A stretch of 61,613 nt of DNA, the filler included, from Deltaproteobacteria bacterium (GTDB taxonomy: Bacteria > Myxococcota > JACRCW01): NCBI GenBank assembly GCA_016218805.1. It is 3 parts of 3 records of this genome, joined end to end, with 100 filler letters (N's around TTAATTAATTAA, not from the genome) between each part and the next. Parts side by side here need not be neighbours in the genome. Positions count along the whole stretch, not along the records: positions 21,281 to 47,278 come from JACRCW010000046.1; 2 more parts are not named here. The stretch is one strand, 5' to 3'. Below the pieces are notes generated by a model, which was not told the DNA's origin, made no database searches, and saw only the letters and a list, made by a program, of their open reading frames with translations. Made by a program: the position numbers and the translations under genes. Every line of letters begins with the position of its first letter. Positions within the stretch are counted from its first letter, which is position 1. Below are positions 27,904-37,075 of this stretch, one piece after another.

Positions 27904-30900
27904 ATGTTGAAGCGAATCGACCACGGTTCTCTGGCCACCCGCCTGTCCGTGGCCGCGCTGTTGGCGGCCACCATCACACCAGCCAAGGCGCAGGCGCTGT
28001 GCAGTGCACGCGCGCCATGCCCGGTGGTTGACGACGTGGTGACCTCCGCGGAGCCGGCACCGGCCGGCGGCACCGTGCAGGTGCGGTGCGCCGCGCATGA
28101 CGCGGACGGCGTCATCACCCGCTTCACATTCCAGTCTGCCACCGGGTTGTTTGCCAACGGCGCCTCGTCGGTGGACGTGGTGCCGGACACCGCGGCAGCC
28201 AACGCCGCCGTGACCACGGCGTGGCACGTGCCACCGGACCCCGGCGCGGGCCACACCGTCCAGTGCACGGCATGGGACAGCGGCAGCCTGGGCGGCGCGC
28301 CCAACGCGTCCACGCCCGCCACGCTGGCATTGACCACCGCGCCGCCGGAGCTCCTCCCCACCGTGGACGCCCTGAACGCGGACCGCTTCACCCTGTTCCC
28401 TGACGAAGTTGCCTCGCTGGTGGCGGTGGCGCACGACCCGCTGGGTGGCGCGTTGTCCTTCAGCTGGACGGGCGCGGGTGGCGCGCTCAGCGGTGACCTG
28501 GACGCGGACCCGGAGCGCGTGACGTGGACGGCGGTGGCGGTGGGGACCTTTGGCGTGGATGTCACCGTGACCACGCAGGACGGCTTCCGGGCCGCCGCGC
28601 GCGTGAACCTGACGGCGGTGTGGGCCAAGCCGGATCCGGTGGGGGTCAGCGCGGTGACGCCCAGCCCGGTGCGCGTGAGCGCGGATGGACGCGGCTGGCT
28701 GTACGCCACGGACGCGCGGCGCCGCGTGGTGGACGTGGTCACCGGCCACGGCGAACGCGTGGCCACCGTGCCCATCCAGGGTGAACCCGGTGGGATTGTG
28801 GTGGTGCCCACCGGCGAGTTCTGGCTGGGTGACATGGAGCGCGGCGGCGCGTGGCTCACGGACCTGACCGGCGCGCGCTTGCGGCCGCTGGGCGCGGGTG
28901 ACGGCGAGTTCTTGGGTCCGCAGGCATTGGCGGCGGACCTGCTGCGCGGGCAGGTGGTGGTGGTGGATGGGCCTGCGCACCGCGTCAGCGTGTATGACAG
29001 CGCGGGCTTCCGCGTGCGCGCGGTTGAACTGCCGGACGCGTATCCCGTGGGCGTGGCGGTGGATGCGCCCACCGGTGAGTTGTACGTGGCGGACTCCACG
29101 GGCGGCCGCGTGCGCGTGCTGGCGCCGGACGGCACGTTGGCGCGGACGCTGGGCGCGTTTGGCAGCGGCCCGGGCGAACTGACGCGCGTGGGCGGCGTGG
29201 CCCTGGCCGGCGATGGCAACGTCTACGTGGTGGATACCTTCCAGTCGCGGGTGGCGGCATTCACCCGGGCCGGGGCGTTTGTCGCGTTCCTGGGGCGGTT
29301 CGGGACGGCGCCCGGCGAACTCAAGGTGCCCATCGACGTTGTGGAAGACCCGTGGCAGCGGCTGTGGGTGAGCAACACGGAGAACGGGCGGTTGGAGGTC
29401 TTTGACCTGCAGGGCAGCCGCCCGGTGGCGTGCGCGCAGGATGCGGATTGCGACGGTCTGCCTGATGCGTGGGAAGTGGCCATGGCGCTGGACGCGGCGC
29501 ATGCGTTTGACGCGCTGCTGGATGCCGACGGGGACGGCCTGTCCAATGCGGCGGAGTACGCGAACGGGACCAGCGCCATCCGGGTGGACACCGACGGAGA
29601 CGGGGTGGCGGACGCGGTGGAACTGGCGCGCGGCACGGACCCGGTCAGCGCGCTGGACAACCTGCCGCGCGCCGTGGCCGGCCTGCGGTCTGGCCCGCTG
29701 CCGGGCGCCGCGTGGCTGGACGCGGCGGGCTCCACGGATCCCAACGGTGACCCGCTGTCCTACCGCTGGGTCTTCCGCTCCGGGCCGGAGGCGGTGAGCC
29801 TGGTCCACGCCGATCAACCCCTGGCCGCCGCGGTGCTCCGCCGCGCGGGTGACTACGCGTTTGAGCTCACCGTGGGGGACGGGACCGCGTGGAGCCGCCC
29901 CGCGGTGCTCAGCGTGCACGTGGACAACGTGGCACCGGCCGCGGATGCCGGCGCGCTCATCACCGCCATGCCCGGCCGCACCGTGGTGCTGGACGGGAGC
30001 CGCAGCGCGGACCCCAACGGTGATGTGCTGGCCCACGCGTGGCGGCAGGTGGAGGGCGCGGCGGTGGTGCTGGAGGACGCGGGGGCCGGCCGCGCTCGGT
30101 TCACGCCGGCGGGCGCAGGGACGTACGCGTTTGAACTGGTGGTCCATGACGGCGCGCACGCTTCAGGCCCGGCGCGCGTGGAGGTGGTGGTCAACGCGGC
30201 GGATGACCACGTGCCGCTGGCCGTCACCACCGCCGCGGTCACCGGCCAGGTGGGCCGGCCGCTGGTGCTGGACGGAGCGGCCAGCCAGGACCCGGAGCGC
30301 GCCACGCTGTCCTACGCGTGGCGGCAGGTGGACGGCGCCACGGTCACGCTGTCCGGCGCGGATTCCGCCCGCGCGGCGTTCACGCCGTCGCAGCCCGGCG
30401 TGTACGGCTTCCGCCTGCGCGTTGCTGATCCGCAGCACACGTCCCCGGAGGTGCCGGTCACCGTGGTGGTGGACGGCGACAACCACCCACCGCGCGCCGC
30501 CGCGGGCACGGACCTGCGCGTGAACGTCCTGGACGTGGTGACGCTGTCCTGCGCGCTCAGCCAGGACGCGGATGGTGAGACCCCGTCCTGCGCCTGGACG
30601 CAGCGCCAGGGTCCGCCGGTCACCCCCGAGCCGCGCACGGGCGGCATGGCCTTTGTCCCGGTGGACAGCGGCACGTACGTCTTTGAGCTGCTGGTATCTG
30701 ACGCGGCGGGCACCGGCACGCGTGACCGGTTGACGGTGGTGGTGGACGACCCGGCGCGCAATGCGGTGCCCGTGGCGGTGGCGACGGTGGAAGACCCGGT
30801 GCTGCTGGGCCGCCCGGTCACGCTGCACGGGGAAGCATCCACCGACGCGCAGGGCGGGCTGCCGCTGTCCCACGCGTGGACGCAGGTTGCCGGTCCATGG

Positions 30901-33900
30901 ATTCCCATGGAAAACGCGCGGGACCCGGCGCCCGTCATCACGCCCTCCGCCTTGGGCCGCTACGCCTTTGAACTGCGCGTGGATGACGGGCTCACGCGCA
31001 GCCCGCCCGCGCGCGTGGAGTTTGCGGTGACGGCGCCCGGCAACCGCCGCCCCGTGGCCCGTGCGGGTGATGACCAGCTGGCCGTGCCCGGCACCGCGGT
31101 GGTCCTGGATGGGTCACAGAGCCGTGACCCGGATGGGCAGACGCTGACGTTCCGCTGGGAGCAGGTGGCCGGCGCGCCGGCGCTGCTGGCGGGCACGGAC
31201 CGCGCGGCGCTGGCGGTCACGCCCGCCGTGGCCGGTGACACGCTGCGCTTCCGCCTGTCCGTGGATGACGGCGCCCAGCAGCAGGACGAAGACGTGATGA
31301 ACCTGACGGTGGTGGACGTCCCGTTTGGCCTGCGGCCGGTCAACGGCAACGGCGCGCATATTGTGTTTGACGTGGCGGGGCACGCGCTGTCCGGCGCGGT
31401 GGTGGACGTCCCGCCATCCAGCTTCCCCGGCGAGGTGACGCTGGCGGTGGGTGCGGTGGGCCGCGCGTGGTTTGCCGCGGAAGGCCGGACGCCGCTGGGT
31501 GACGCGCTGCTGGTGGGGCCGCTGGGTGAGACGCTGCCGCCGGGAATGACCGTGCAGCTGCCGCTGCCCGCCGCGCTGGTGCAACCGGGCGTGGACCCGG
31601 CCGCCCTCCGCGTAGCGAGGTACGACGCCGGGACGGGCGCATGGACGGATGTGGAAGACACCACGGTGGACCTGTCCGCCGGCACGGTGCGGTGCGCGCT
31701 GCCTGCCGCGGGCGCGCTGCAGCTGCACCTGCCCGTCGGCGGTGGGGACGAGTTGCACGTGGACCTGCTGCCCGTCCGCTTGGGTGACGCACAGTTGTCC
31801 GTCGGCTGGTCCGCCACGCCTCCGGCCGAAACCGGCGACACTCCACCGCCTGCGGCGGGCGGTGATACCGGCACGCGGTGGGGTTGCCAGGGCGCGCCGG
31901 CAGGTGACGGCGCGCTGTATGGCGCGCTGGCCATGGGCCTGTGGTGGCTCATGCGTCGTCGTCCTCGTCGCGCGGCCGTGGTGGCCGCCATGTGCGTGGC
32001 GGCCTGGAGCACGGACGCCGCGGCCACGGATGCCCCGCATGATTTCGCCACGTTGGCCAATGGCTGCAATGACTGTCACCAGGTGCACAACGCGCCGGGC
32101 CTCAACCTCACCAAGACCGCCGGCAACGCCAACCTCTGCATGAGCTGCCACGCGTCGGGCCAGATGGCCTCCACGCTGCCGTTCTCGTCAGCGGACCAGG
32201 CGGTGCCGCGCACCTCCGGCTCATCCCACCGCTGGGATGCCAACGTGGTGAACGTGGCAGCGGGCGCCACCGCGCCCACCAACCCCAACCTGCGGCTGGA
32301 TACGGGCAAGCTGATGTGCTCCACCTGCCATGACCCGCACAGCCAGGCCAACGCGCCGTTTGACCCCAACGCATCCGCCACGGCGGGCGCAGCGGGCCGG
32401 CACCTGCAGCGCATTGCCAACAACGCCAACCAGGCCTGCCTGGACTGCCACACGTCCTGGGTGATGAGCAGCGTCAATGAGGCCGCGTGGACCGGCGCCA
32501 ACCTCAGTCACCCCAGTGGCGTTGCCGCCAACGTGGCAGACCCCACGTTCTTTGCCACGCCTCACGATTCCACGGGTGTGGACCAGGTGGCCGCCATCTC
32601 CGGCAGGGCCACGTCCGCGGGCACCACCACCACGCTCAATGACAACACCAAGGCGTGGGTGGTGAACGCCTTGGCCGGCCTGAACATCCGGTTCACCAGC
32701 GGCGCCAACAAGAACCTGGTGCGCCTTGTCAGCGCCAACACCGCCACGCAGGTCACGTTCGCCGCGGCCAGCTCCGCCACCGCCCTCAATGACCGCTACG
32801 AAATCGACCGTGACGGCAACACGAGCAACAACCTGGTGCTGGACAATGCCGGCACGCCGTCCTTCACCACCGGCAACGTGGTGTGCATGAGCTGCCACGG
32901 CGTGCATTACGCGGATTCCAATACGGCCACGTATGATTCGTCCGCCACGGCGGCGTGCACGGGTGCGGACTGCGGGCTGCTGTTGCGCCGGTCCAACAAC
33001 AACGACGCCTGCACGGGTTGTCACAACCTGACGGTCCACAGCAGCGCCACCACGTCCACCAAGTACGGGACCTGGGGCACCACGTTCACCTGCCAGACGT
33101 GTCACCAGCCGCACAAGACGCCCAATACCTTCCTGGTGCGGCAGACGCTCAACGGCAAAACCGTGGATTTCCGCAACCTCACCGGCAAGGCGGACAACAG
33201 CTTTGCCACCGTCACCGTGCCCGGCAACGGCCCGTGCGAAGCCTGCCACACCCTCACCCGCAACAAGAACGGCACCGCCCGGTTCCGCGGCACGGGCGGG
33301 TCTGACAGCGGCACGCACTACCCGGGCACCTGCACCACGTGCCACACGCACGCCAACGGCTTCTTCTGTGATGAAAGCAGCGGCAACCGCCCGTGCGCCG
33401 CGTGTCACCAGTTCAACATGCTCATCACGGATGCGTCCCGCGCCACCAAGTACCACCACGTCATGGAGGCGGACGTGAAGTTCACGGCCGGCCTCACCAC
33501 CTACCCCACGGTGGCGGCCCCCACCGTGGCCACCGCGGACCAGGACAAGACGTGCGTGCAGTGCCACGCGGACCACAACATCTTCCGCGAGGACGTCAAC
33601 GCGCTCAACACGCTGGGCAGCAGCGCCAACCTGCGCACGCAGATTGCCGTGGCGCCCAGTGCCGCCGGACCCAGCGGGACCGCCGCGGGGTATTTCAACA
33701 ACATTGATTTCAACAACACGTTCACCGCCGGCGGCATCTGCATCTCCTGCCACGCCAGCGCGCAGACCAAGAACGTGACGGACCAGAAGAGCAGCGCCAC
33801 CACGGTCACACCCGTCGTGGCGCAGGGGGTGTTCCAGGCATCCGCGCACTCGTACTCCGTGGGCGGCACCTTCCGGAACGGGAACTATACGTTCAACGTG

Positions 33901-35754
33901 GTGTGCACCAAGTGCCATAATGATGATTCGGTGAAGTCCTTCCAGACGGGAACCAACCAGTTTGCGCTGCACGGGTCCTTTGACCGAAGCCTGCGCGCGC
34001 CGTTGGGCATCACCACGCCTACGGACCCCATTGAGGAGCAGTTCTGCTACCGCTGTCACCACAAGACCACGGATACCAACCCGGGCGGCGGCCCCGCCAA
34101 GACGGTGGCCAACATGGACTGGTACGGCGGCCGGCCCATGACCGCGGGTGCGCAGGACGTGTTCACCCAGATGCAGAAGGGCAGCGCATCATCACCCGCC
34201 GGCAACCCCACCACCACCACCAACACGCTGTATTTCATCCCCACCACCACACCCACGGCGCCCGCGCCTGCTGATCACCAGGCCGCCCCCACGGCGGACA
34301 CGTTTGCTGGCGGCACCTGGGCCGGCCGCACCATGGTCCCCTACCCCTCCGCCGTGGCCTATGAAAGCCAGACCGCCACCAACCAGGCGGTGGCCACGGG
34401 AACGCAGACCTGGCGGCGCGTCTCTTTTGTGTCACCACCCATTGCCACCGCCACCACGACGACCGCGGCCGCCTGGACCCTCAACGTCTTTGACCGTGAA
34501 AGCAGCAACAACGCCAACGCGCGCGTTCGCTATGCCATCTACCGGTGGAACGCCAACAACACCAAGGGCAGTGACATTGTCACGCGCACCAACTTTGGCA
34601 CGGAGATGAGCACCACGGCCGCACCGGGTGGGCAGCAGACCATCACCACCGCCGCCGGAGGCGCGGTGGCGCTGGCGGTGGGGGACAAGATCGTCGTGGA
34701 CCTGGAGATCCAGACGCTCACGGTCGGCACTGCGGGCACCTACCAGATGACCTACTTCTTTGGGAACGGTGCCGCGTCCAACGTGGTGATGCCCAACAAC
34801 ATCACTTTCACGTACACCAGCCAGGCCTCCCCGGCCTCCGGCAGGCATGACGTGGCGGCTTACGCCGGCGTGCACAAGGCCAGTCCCACCGACGAGACGC
34901 TGGCATACATCAGCGCCAACAAACACGTGGAATGCATGGACTGTCACAACCCGCACGCGTCCGGTGCCACCCGCCACACCCAGGGTGTCGCCGCGGGCAA
35001 CACCATTGGCGCGGCGTCCATGCTTGCTGGCGTGTCCGGTGTGTCGGTCACCTATTCGGCCACCAACTTCACCGCGCCCACGGCCTACGCGGCCACCACG
35101 GCGACGATGGAACACCAGATCTGTTACAAGTGCCACTCCGGCGCCAACACCAGCCTGGCCACGTGGGATGCCACCTGGACCAACGTGGCGCTGGAGTTCA
35201 GTCCCGCCAACAAGTCCCGGCACCCGGTGGTGTCCGGGTTGGCCGCGGCCGGCACCGGGACCACCGCGCTCCCCGCCGCATCCATGAAAGCGCCGTGGAA
35301 CACCGCCGTTGGGACCCAGACCATGTACTGCTCAGATTGCCACGGGAACGACGCGGCCAGTCCTGCGGCGCAGGGGCCGCATGCCTCCGCAGTGAAGTAC
35401 ATGCTGCGCGGGCCGCTCACCGCGTGGCCGAATCTGCTGGGGAGCCAGTTCACCAGCAGCTTCTGTGCAAACTGCCACAACCAGGCCACGTCCCCGCACA
35501 CGGCGGACAACGCGCACACCAACACGGCGCGCTGCTACAACTGCCACGTCGTGGTCCCGCACGGCGGGAAGATGTCCCGCCTCATTGGCGACAACAACGG
35601 GACCATGCCCACGCGGTACGCGTACCAGGGCGTGTTGTCCAACATGTGGATCCAGAGCTTCACCAAGAACACCGGCAGCTACCAGAAGTCCAATTGCCAG
35701 TCCGGCACCAGCGGTTGCACCACGCACGGCACCGCGGCAACGGAAAACTGGTAG
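27904..35754 (+). CDS. giant Ig/NHL/TSP3/6xPKD surface protein fused to a 19-heme c-type cytochrome via an internal GC-TM-RRR segment and second signal peptide
   Basis: Signal (..AKAQA), two Ig-like domains, NHL propeller, DxDxDG repeats, six 'LDGS.S.DP.G..L.Y.W.Q'-type PKD repeats (~29660-31320), GCQG..LWWLMRRRPRR..AAA, then 19 CxxCH counted by eye. Confidence 0.93.
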   Translation: MLKRIDHGSLATRLSVAALLAATITPAKAQALCSARAPCPVVDDVVTSAEPAPAGGTVQVRCAAHDADGVITRFTFQSATGLFANGASSVDVVPDTAAANAAVTTAWHVPPDPGAGHTVQCTAWDSGSLGGAPNASTPATLALTTAPPELLPTVDALNADRFTLFPDEVASLVAVAHDPLGGALSFSWTGAGGALSGDLDADPERVTWTAVAVGTFGVDVTVTTQDGFRAAARVNLTAVWAKPDPVGVSAVTPSPVRVSADGRGWLYATDARRRVVDVVTGHGERVATVPIQGEPGGIVVVPTGEFWLGDMERGGAWLTDLTGARLRPLGAGDGEFLGPQALAADLLRGQVVVVDGPAHRVSVYDSAGFRVRAVELPDAYPVGVAVDAPTGELYVADSTGGRVRVLAPDGTLARTLGAFGSGPGELTRVGGVALAGDGNVYVVDTFQSRVAAFTRAGAFVAFLGRFGTAPGELKVPIDVVEDPWQRLWVSNTENGRLEVFDLQGSRPVACAQDADCDGLPDAWEVAMALDAAHAFDALLDADGDGLSNAAEYANGTSAIRVDTDGDGVADAVELARGTDPVSALDNLPRAVAGLRSGPLPGAAWLDAAGSTDPNGDPLSYRWVFRSGPEAVSLVHADQPLAAAVLRRAGDYAFELTVGDGTAWSRPAVLSVHVDNVAPAADAGALITAMPGRTVVLDGSRSADPNGDVLAHAWRQVEGAAVVLEDAGAGRARFTPAGAGTYAFELVVHDGAHASGPARVEVVVNAADDHVPLAVTTAAVTGQVGRPLVLDGAASQDPERATLSYAWRQVDGATVTLSGADSARAAFTPSQPGVYGFRLRVADPQHTSPEVPVTVVVDGDNHPPRAAAGTDLRVNVLDVVTLSCALSQDADGETPSCAWTQRQGPPVTPEPRTGGMAFVPVDSGTYVFELLVSDAAGTGTRDRLTVVVDDPARNAVPVAVATVEDPVLLGRPVTLHGEASTDAQGGLPLSHAWTQVAGPWIPMENARDPAPVITPSALGRYAFELRVDDGLTRSPPARVEFAVTAPGNRRPVARAGDDQLAVPGTAVVLDGSQSRDPDGQTLTFRWEQVAGAPALLAGTDRAALAVTPAVAGDTLRFRLSVDDGAQQQDEDVMNLTVVDVPFGLRPVNGNGAHIVFDVAGHALSGAVVDVPPSSFPGEVTLAVGAVGRAWFAAEGRTPLGDALLVGPLGETLPPGMTVQLPLPAALVQPGVDPAALRVARYDAGTGAWTDVEDTTVDLSAGTVRCALPAAGALQLHLPVGGGDELHVDLLPVRLGDAQLSVGWSATPPAETGDTPPPAAGGDTGTRWGCQGAPAGDGALYGALAMGLWWLMRRRPRRAAVVAAMCVAAWSTDAAATDAPHDFATLANGCNDCHQVHNAPGLNLTKTAGNANLCMSCHASGQMASTLPFSSADQAVPRTSGSSHRWDANVVNVAAGATAPTNPNLRLDTGKLMCSTCHDPHSQANAPFDPNASATAGAAGRHLQRIANNANQACLDCHTSWVMSSVNEAAWTGANLSHPSGVAANVADPTFFATPHDSTGVDQVAAISGRATSAGTTTTLNDNTKAWVVNALAGLNIRFTSGANKNLVRLVSANTATQVTFAAASSATALNDRYEIDRDGNTSNNLVLDNAGTPSFTTGNVVCMSCHGVHYADSNTATYDSSATAACTGADCGLLLRRSNNNDACTGCHNLTVHSSATTSTKYGTWGTTFTCQTCHQPHKTPNTFLVRQTLNGKTVDFRNLTGKADNSFATVTVPGNGPCEACHTLTRNKNGTARFRGTGGSDSGTHYPGTCTTCHTHANGFFCDESSGNRPCAACHQFNMLITDASRATKYHHVMEADVKFTAGLTTYPTVAAPTVATADQDKTCVQCHADHNIFREDVNALNTLGSSANLRTQIAVAPSAAGPSGTAAGYFNNIDFNNTFTAGGICISCHASAQTKNVTDQKSSATTVTPVVAQGVFQASAHSYSVGGTFRNGNYTFNVVCTKCHNDDSVKSFQTGTNQFALHGSFDRSLRAPLGITTPTDPIEEQFCYRCHHKTTDTNPGGGPAKTVANMDWYGGRPMTAGAQDVFTQMQKGSASSPAGNPTTTTNTLYFIPTTTPTAPAPADHQAAPTADTFAGGTWAGRTMVPYPSAVAYESQTATNQAVATGTQTWRRVSFVSPPIATATTTTAAAWTLNVFDRESSNNANARVRYAIYRWNANNTKGSDIVTRTNFGTEMSTTAAPGGQQTITTAAGGAVALAVGDKIVVDLEIQTLTVGTAGTYQMTYFFGNGAASNVVMPNNITFTYTSQASPASGRHDVAAYAGVHKASPTDETLAYISANKHVECMDCHNPHASGATRHTQGVAAGNTIGAASMLAGVSGVSVTYSATNFTAPTAYAATTATMEHQICYKCHSGANTSLATWDATWTNVALEFSPANKSRHPVVSGLAAAGTGTTALPAASMKAPWNTAVGTQTMYCSDCHGNDAASPAAQGPHASAVKYMLRGPLTAWPNLLGSQFTSSFCANCHNQATSPHTADNAHTNTARCYNCHVVVPHGGKMSRLIGDNNGTMPTRYAYQGVLSNMWIQSFTKNTGSYQKSNCQSGTSGCTTHGTAATENW

Positions 35755-35779
35755 TCCACCCGCACCACTACCCCGGGGC

Positions 35780-37075
35780 ATGGTAGGGCTTGCCGTCGTG
35801 TGGACCACGCTCCGCGGGGCGCTTCGCTCCCGCACGCTCATCCTGGCTGAGTTGCTGCTGGTGGCCCTGGCGGGAGTGCTGCTCACGCTGGTGCCGCAAC
35901 AGGACGAAGCGCCGCTGCCGCCGGAGCACTGGCTGCACGCACACCCGGCGCTGGTGACGGCGCTGCGCGTCCTCGAGCTCGACCGGGTGCTGCGCGCGCA
36001 CTGGTTCGCCGCGCTCATTGCGCTTGCCACCGTCACGCTGTCCGTGGTGCTGGTGGACCAGTGGCGCCGCGCTGCGCGGGTGCTGGTGCGGGCGCCGGAG
36101 GAAAGCCAGTTCCACGACGCGCCCCTCCGCGGCGGGTGGGAGCGGGATGTGGTCCCCGGCACGGCGGCGCTGCGGTTCCAGGTGAGCGGGCGCGCGGCTG
36201 GGCTGGGGCCGCCGGTGTTTCACTCGGGGCTGTGGTGCGTGGTGGTGGCCGGGCTGCTGCGGGTGTTGTGGGGTGCGGATGCGCAGGTGGACCTGGTGGA
36301 GGGCGAGACGCTGCGCGCCGGGCCCGGGGCATGGAGCGCGCAATGGCCCGGACCGTTGGCGGCTGCCGTGTCGCTGGAGGCGCCCATGCGCTTCGACCGA
36401 TTGCGCGTGGCGCGGTACGCGTCGCTGGATCTGCGCGGCCTGGTGGCGGAGGTCACGCACGGAGACGAGCCGGTGGAGGTGGCCGTCAACACGCCGCTCA
36501 ACGTGGGCCCCGAGCGGGTCCACCTGGCCCTGCTGCACGGGCCGGCCGTGTTGTTGGAGGTGGCGGGAGCGCGCGGCGCGGAGCGCGCGGCCGTGCTGGC
36601 CTGGCCGTCCTCCACACGCGGCGTGTACGAGGGCACGGCCGTGTTGGAGACGGGTATGGACGTGGTGGCGCGGGCGCGGATCGACGAGGAGGCGCACCTC
36701 CCCGCGCAGGTGGAGCTGCGGGTGAAGCGCGGCAGCGCGCTGCTGTTTGTCGGCGCGGTTGCCGCGGGTGCGGTGTTCACCGTGGAGCCGGGAACCACCT
36801 TCACCGTGCACGGCATCCGCTGGTGGGCCCGCTTCAACGGCAGCCGCGACATCGCGTGGTGGCTCGCGTACGCGGGGTTTGCGTTGTGCGTGCTGGGGGC
36901 GATGTTGATGTTCCTGGTCACCCGCGTGGACACCCTGGTGCGGGTCACGCCTTGCGGCGCGGGGCGTGAGCGCGTGGAGGTGGTGCTGCGGCCGCACCGG
37001 TTTGCGCCTTTGTACCGCGAGCGGCTGGACCAGGTTGCGCGGTCCGAGGGCTGGAGAGGAGAAGGGCCGCCATGA
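35780..37075 (+). CDS. resB: cytochrome c biogenesis protein ResB/CcsB (System II)
   Basis: LL.LVPQ motif, WF in the second TM region, His in TM3 (GPPVFHSG), LVEGE, large periplasmic domain, final TM (LAYAGFAL); adjacent to ccsA. Confidence 0.82.
   Translation: MVGLAVVWTTLRGALRSRTLILAELLLVALAGVLLTLVPQQDEAPLPPEHWLHAHPALVTALRVLELDRVLRAHWFAALIALATVTLSVVLVDQWRRAARVLVRAPEESQFHDAPLRGGWERDVVPGTAALRFQVSGRAAGLGPPVFHSGLWCVVVAGLLRVLWGADAQVDLVEGETLRAGPGAWSAQWPGPLAAAVSLEAPMRFDRLRVARYASLDLRGLVAEVTHGDEPVEVAVNTPLNVGPERVHLALLHGPAVLLEVAGARGAERAAVLAWPSSTRGVYEGTAVLETGMDVVARARIDEEAHLPAQVELRVKRGSALLFVGAVAAGAVFTVEPGTTFTVHGIRWWARFNGSRDIAWWLAYAGFALCVLGAMLMFLVTRVDTLVRVTPCGAGRERVEVVLRPHRFAPLYRERLDQVARSEGWRGEGPP

Noticed and set aside
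24681..34062. Long antisense ORFs (e.g. 24681-27083, 27427-30159, 32221-34062, also 3835-6270)
   Set aside because: Shadow frames expected in very high-GC coding DNA; no recognisable motifs, and they lie opposite well-supported genes.
35752..35790. Stop-codon readthrough (TAG) joining the giant cytochrome to resB
   Set aside because: resB is in a different frame with its own ATG at 35780; no pyrrolysine or selenocysteine signals seen.
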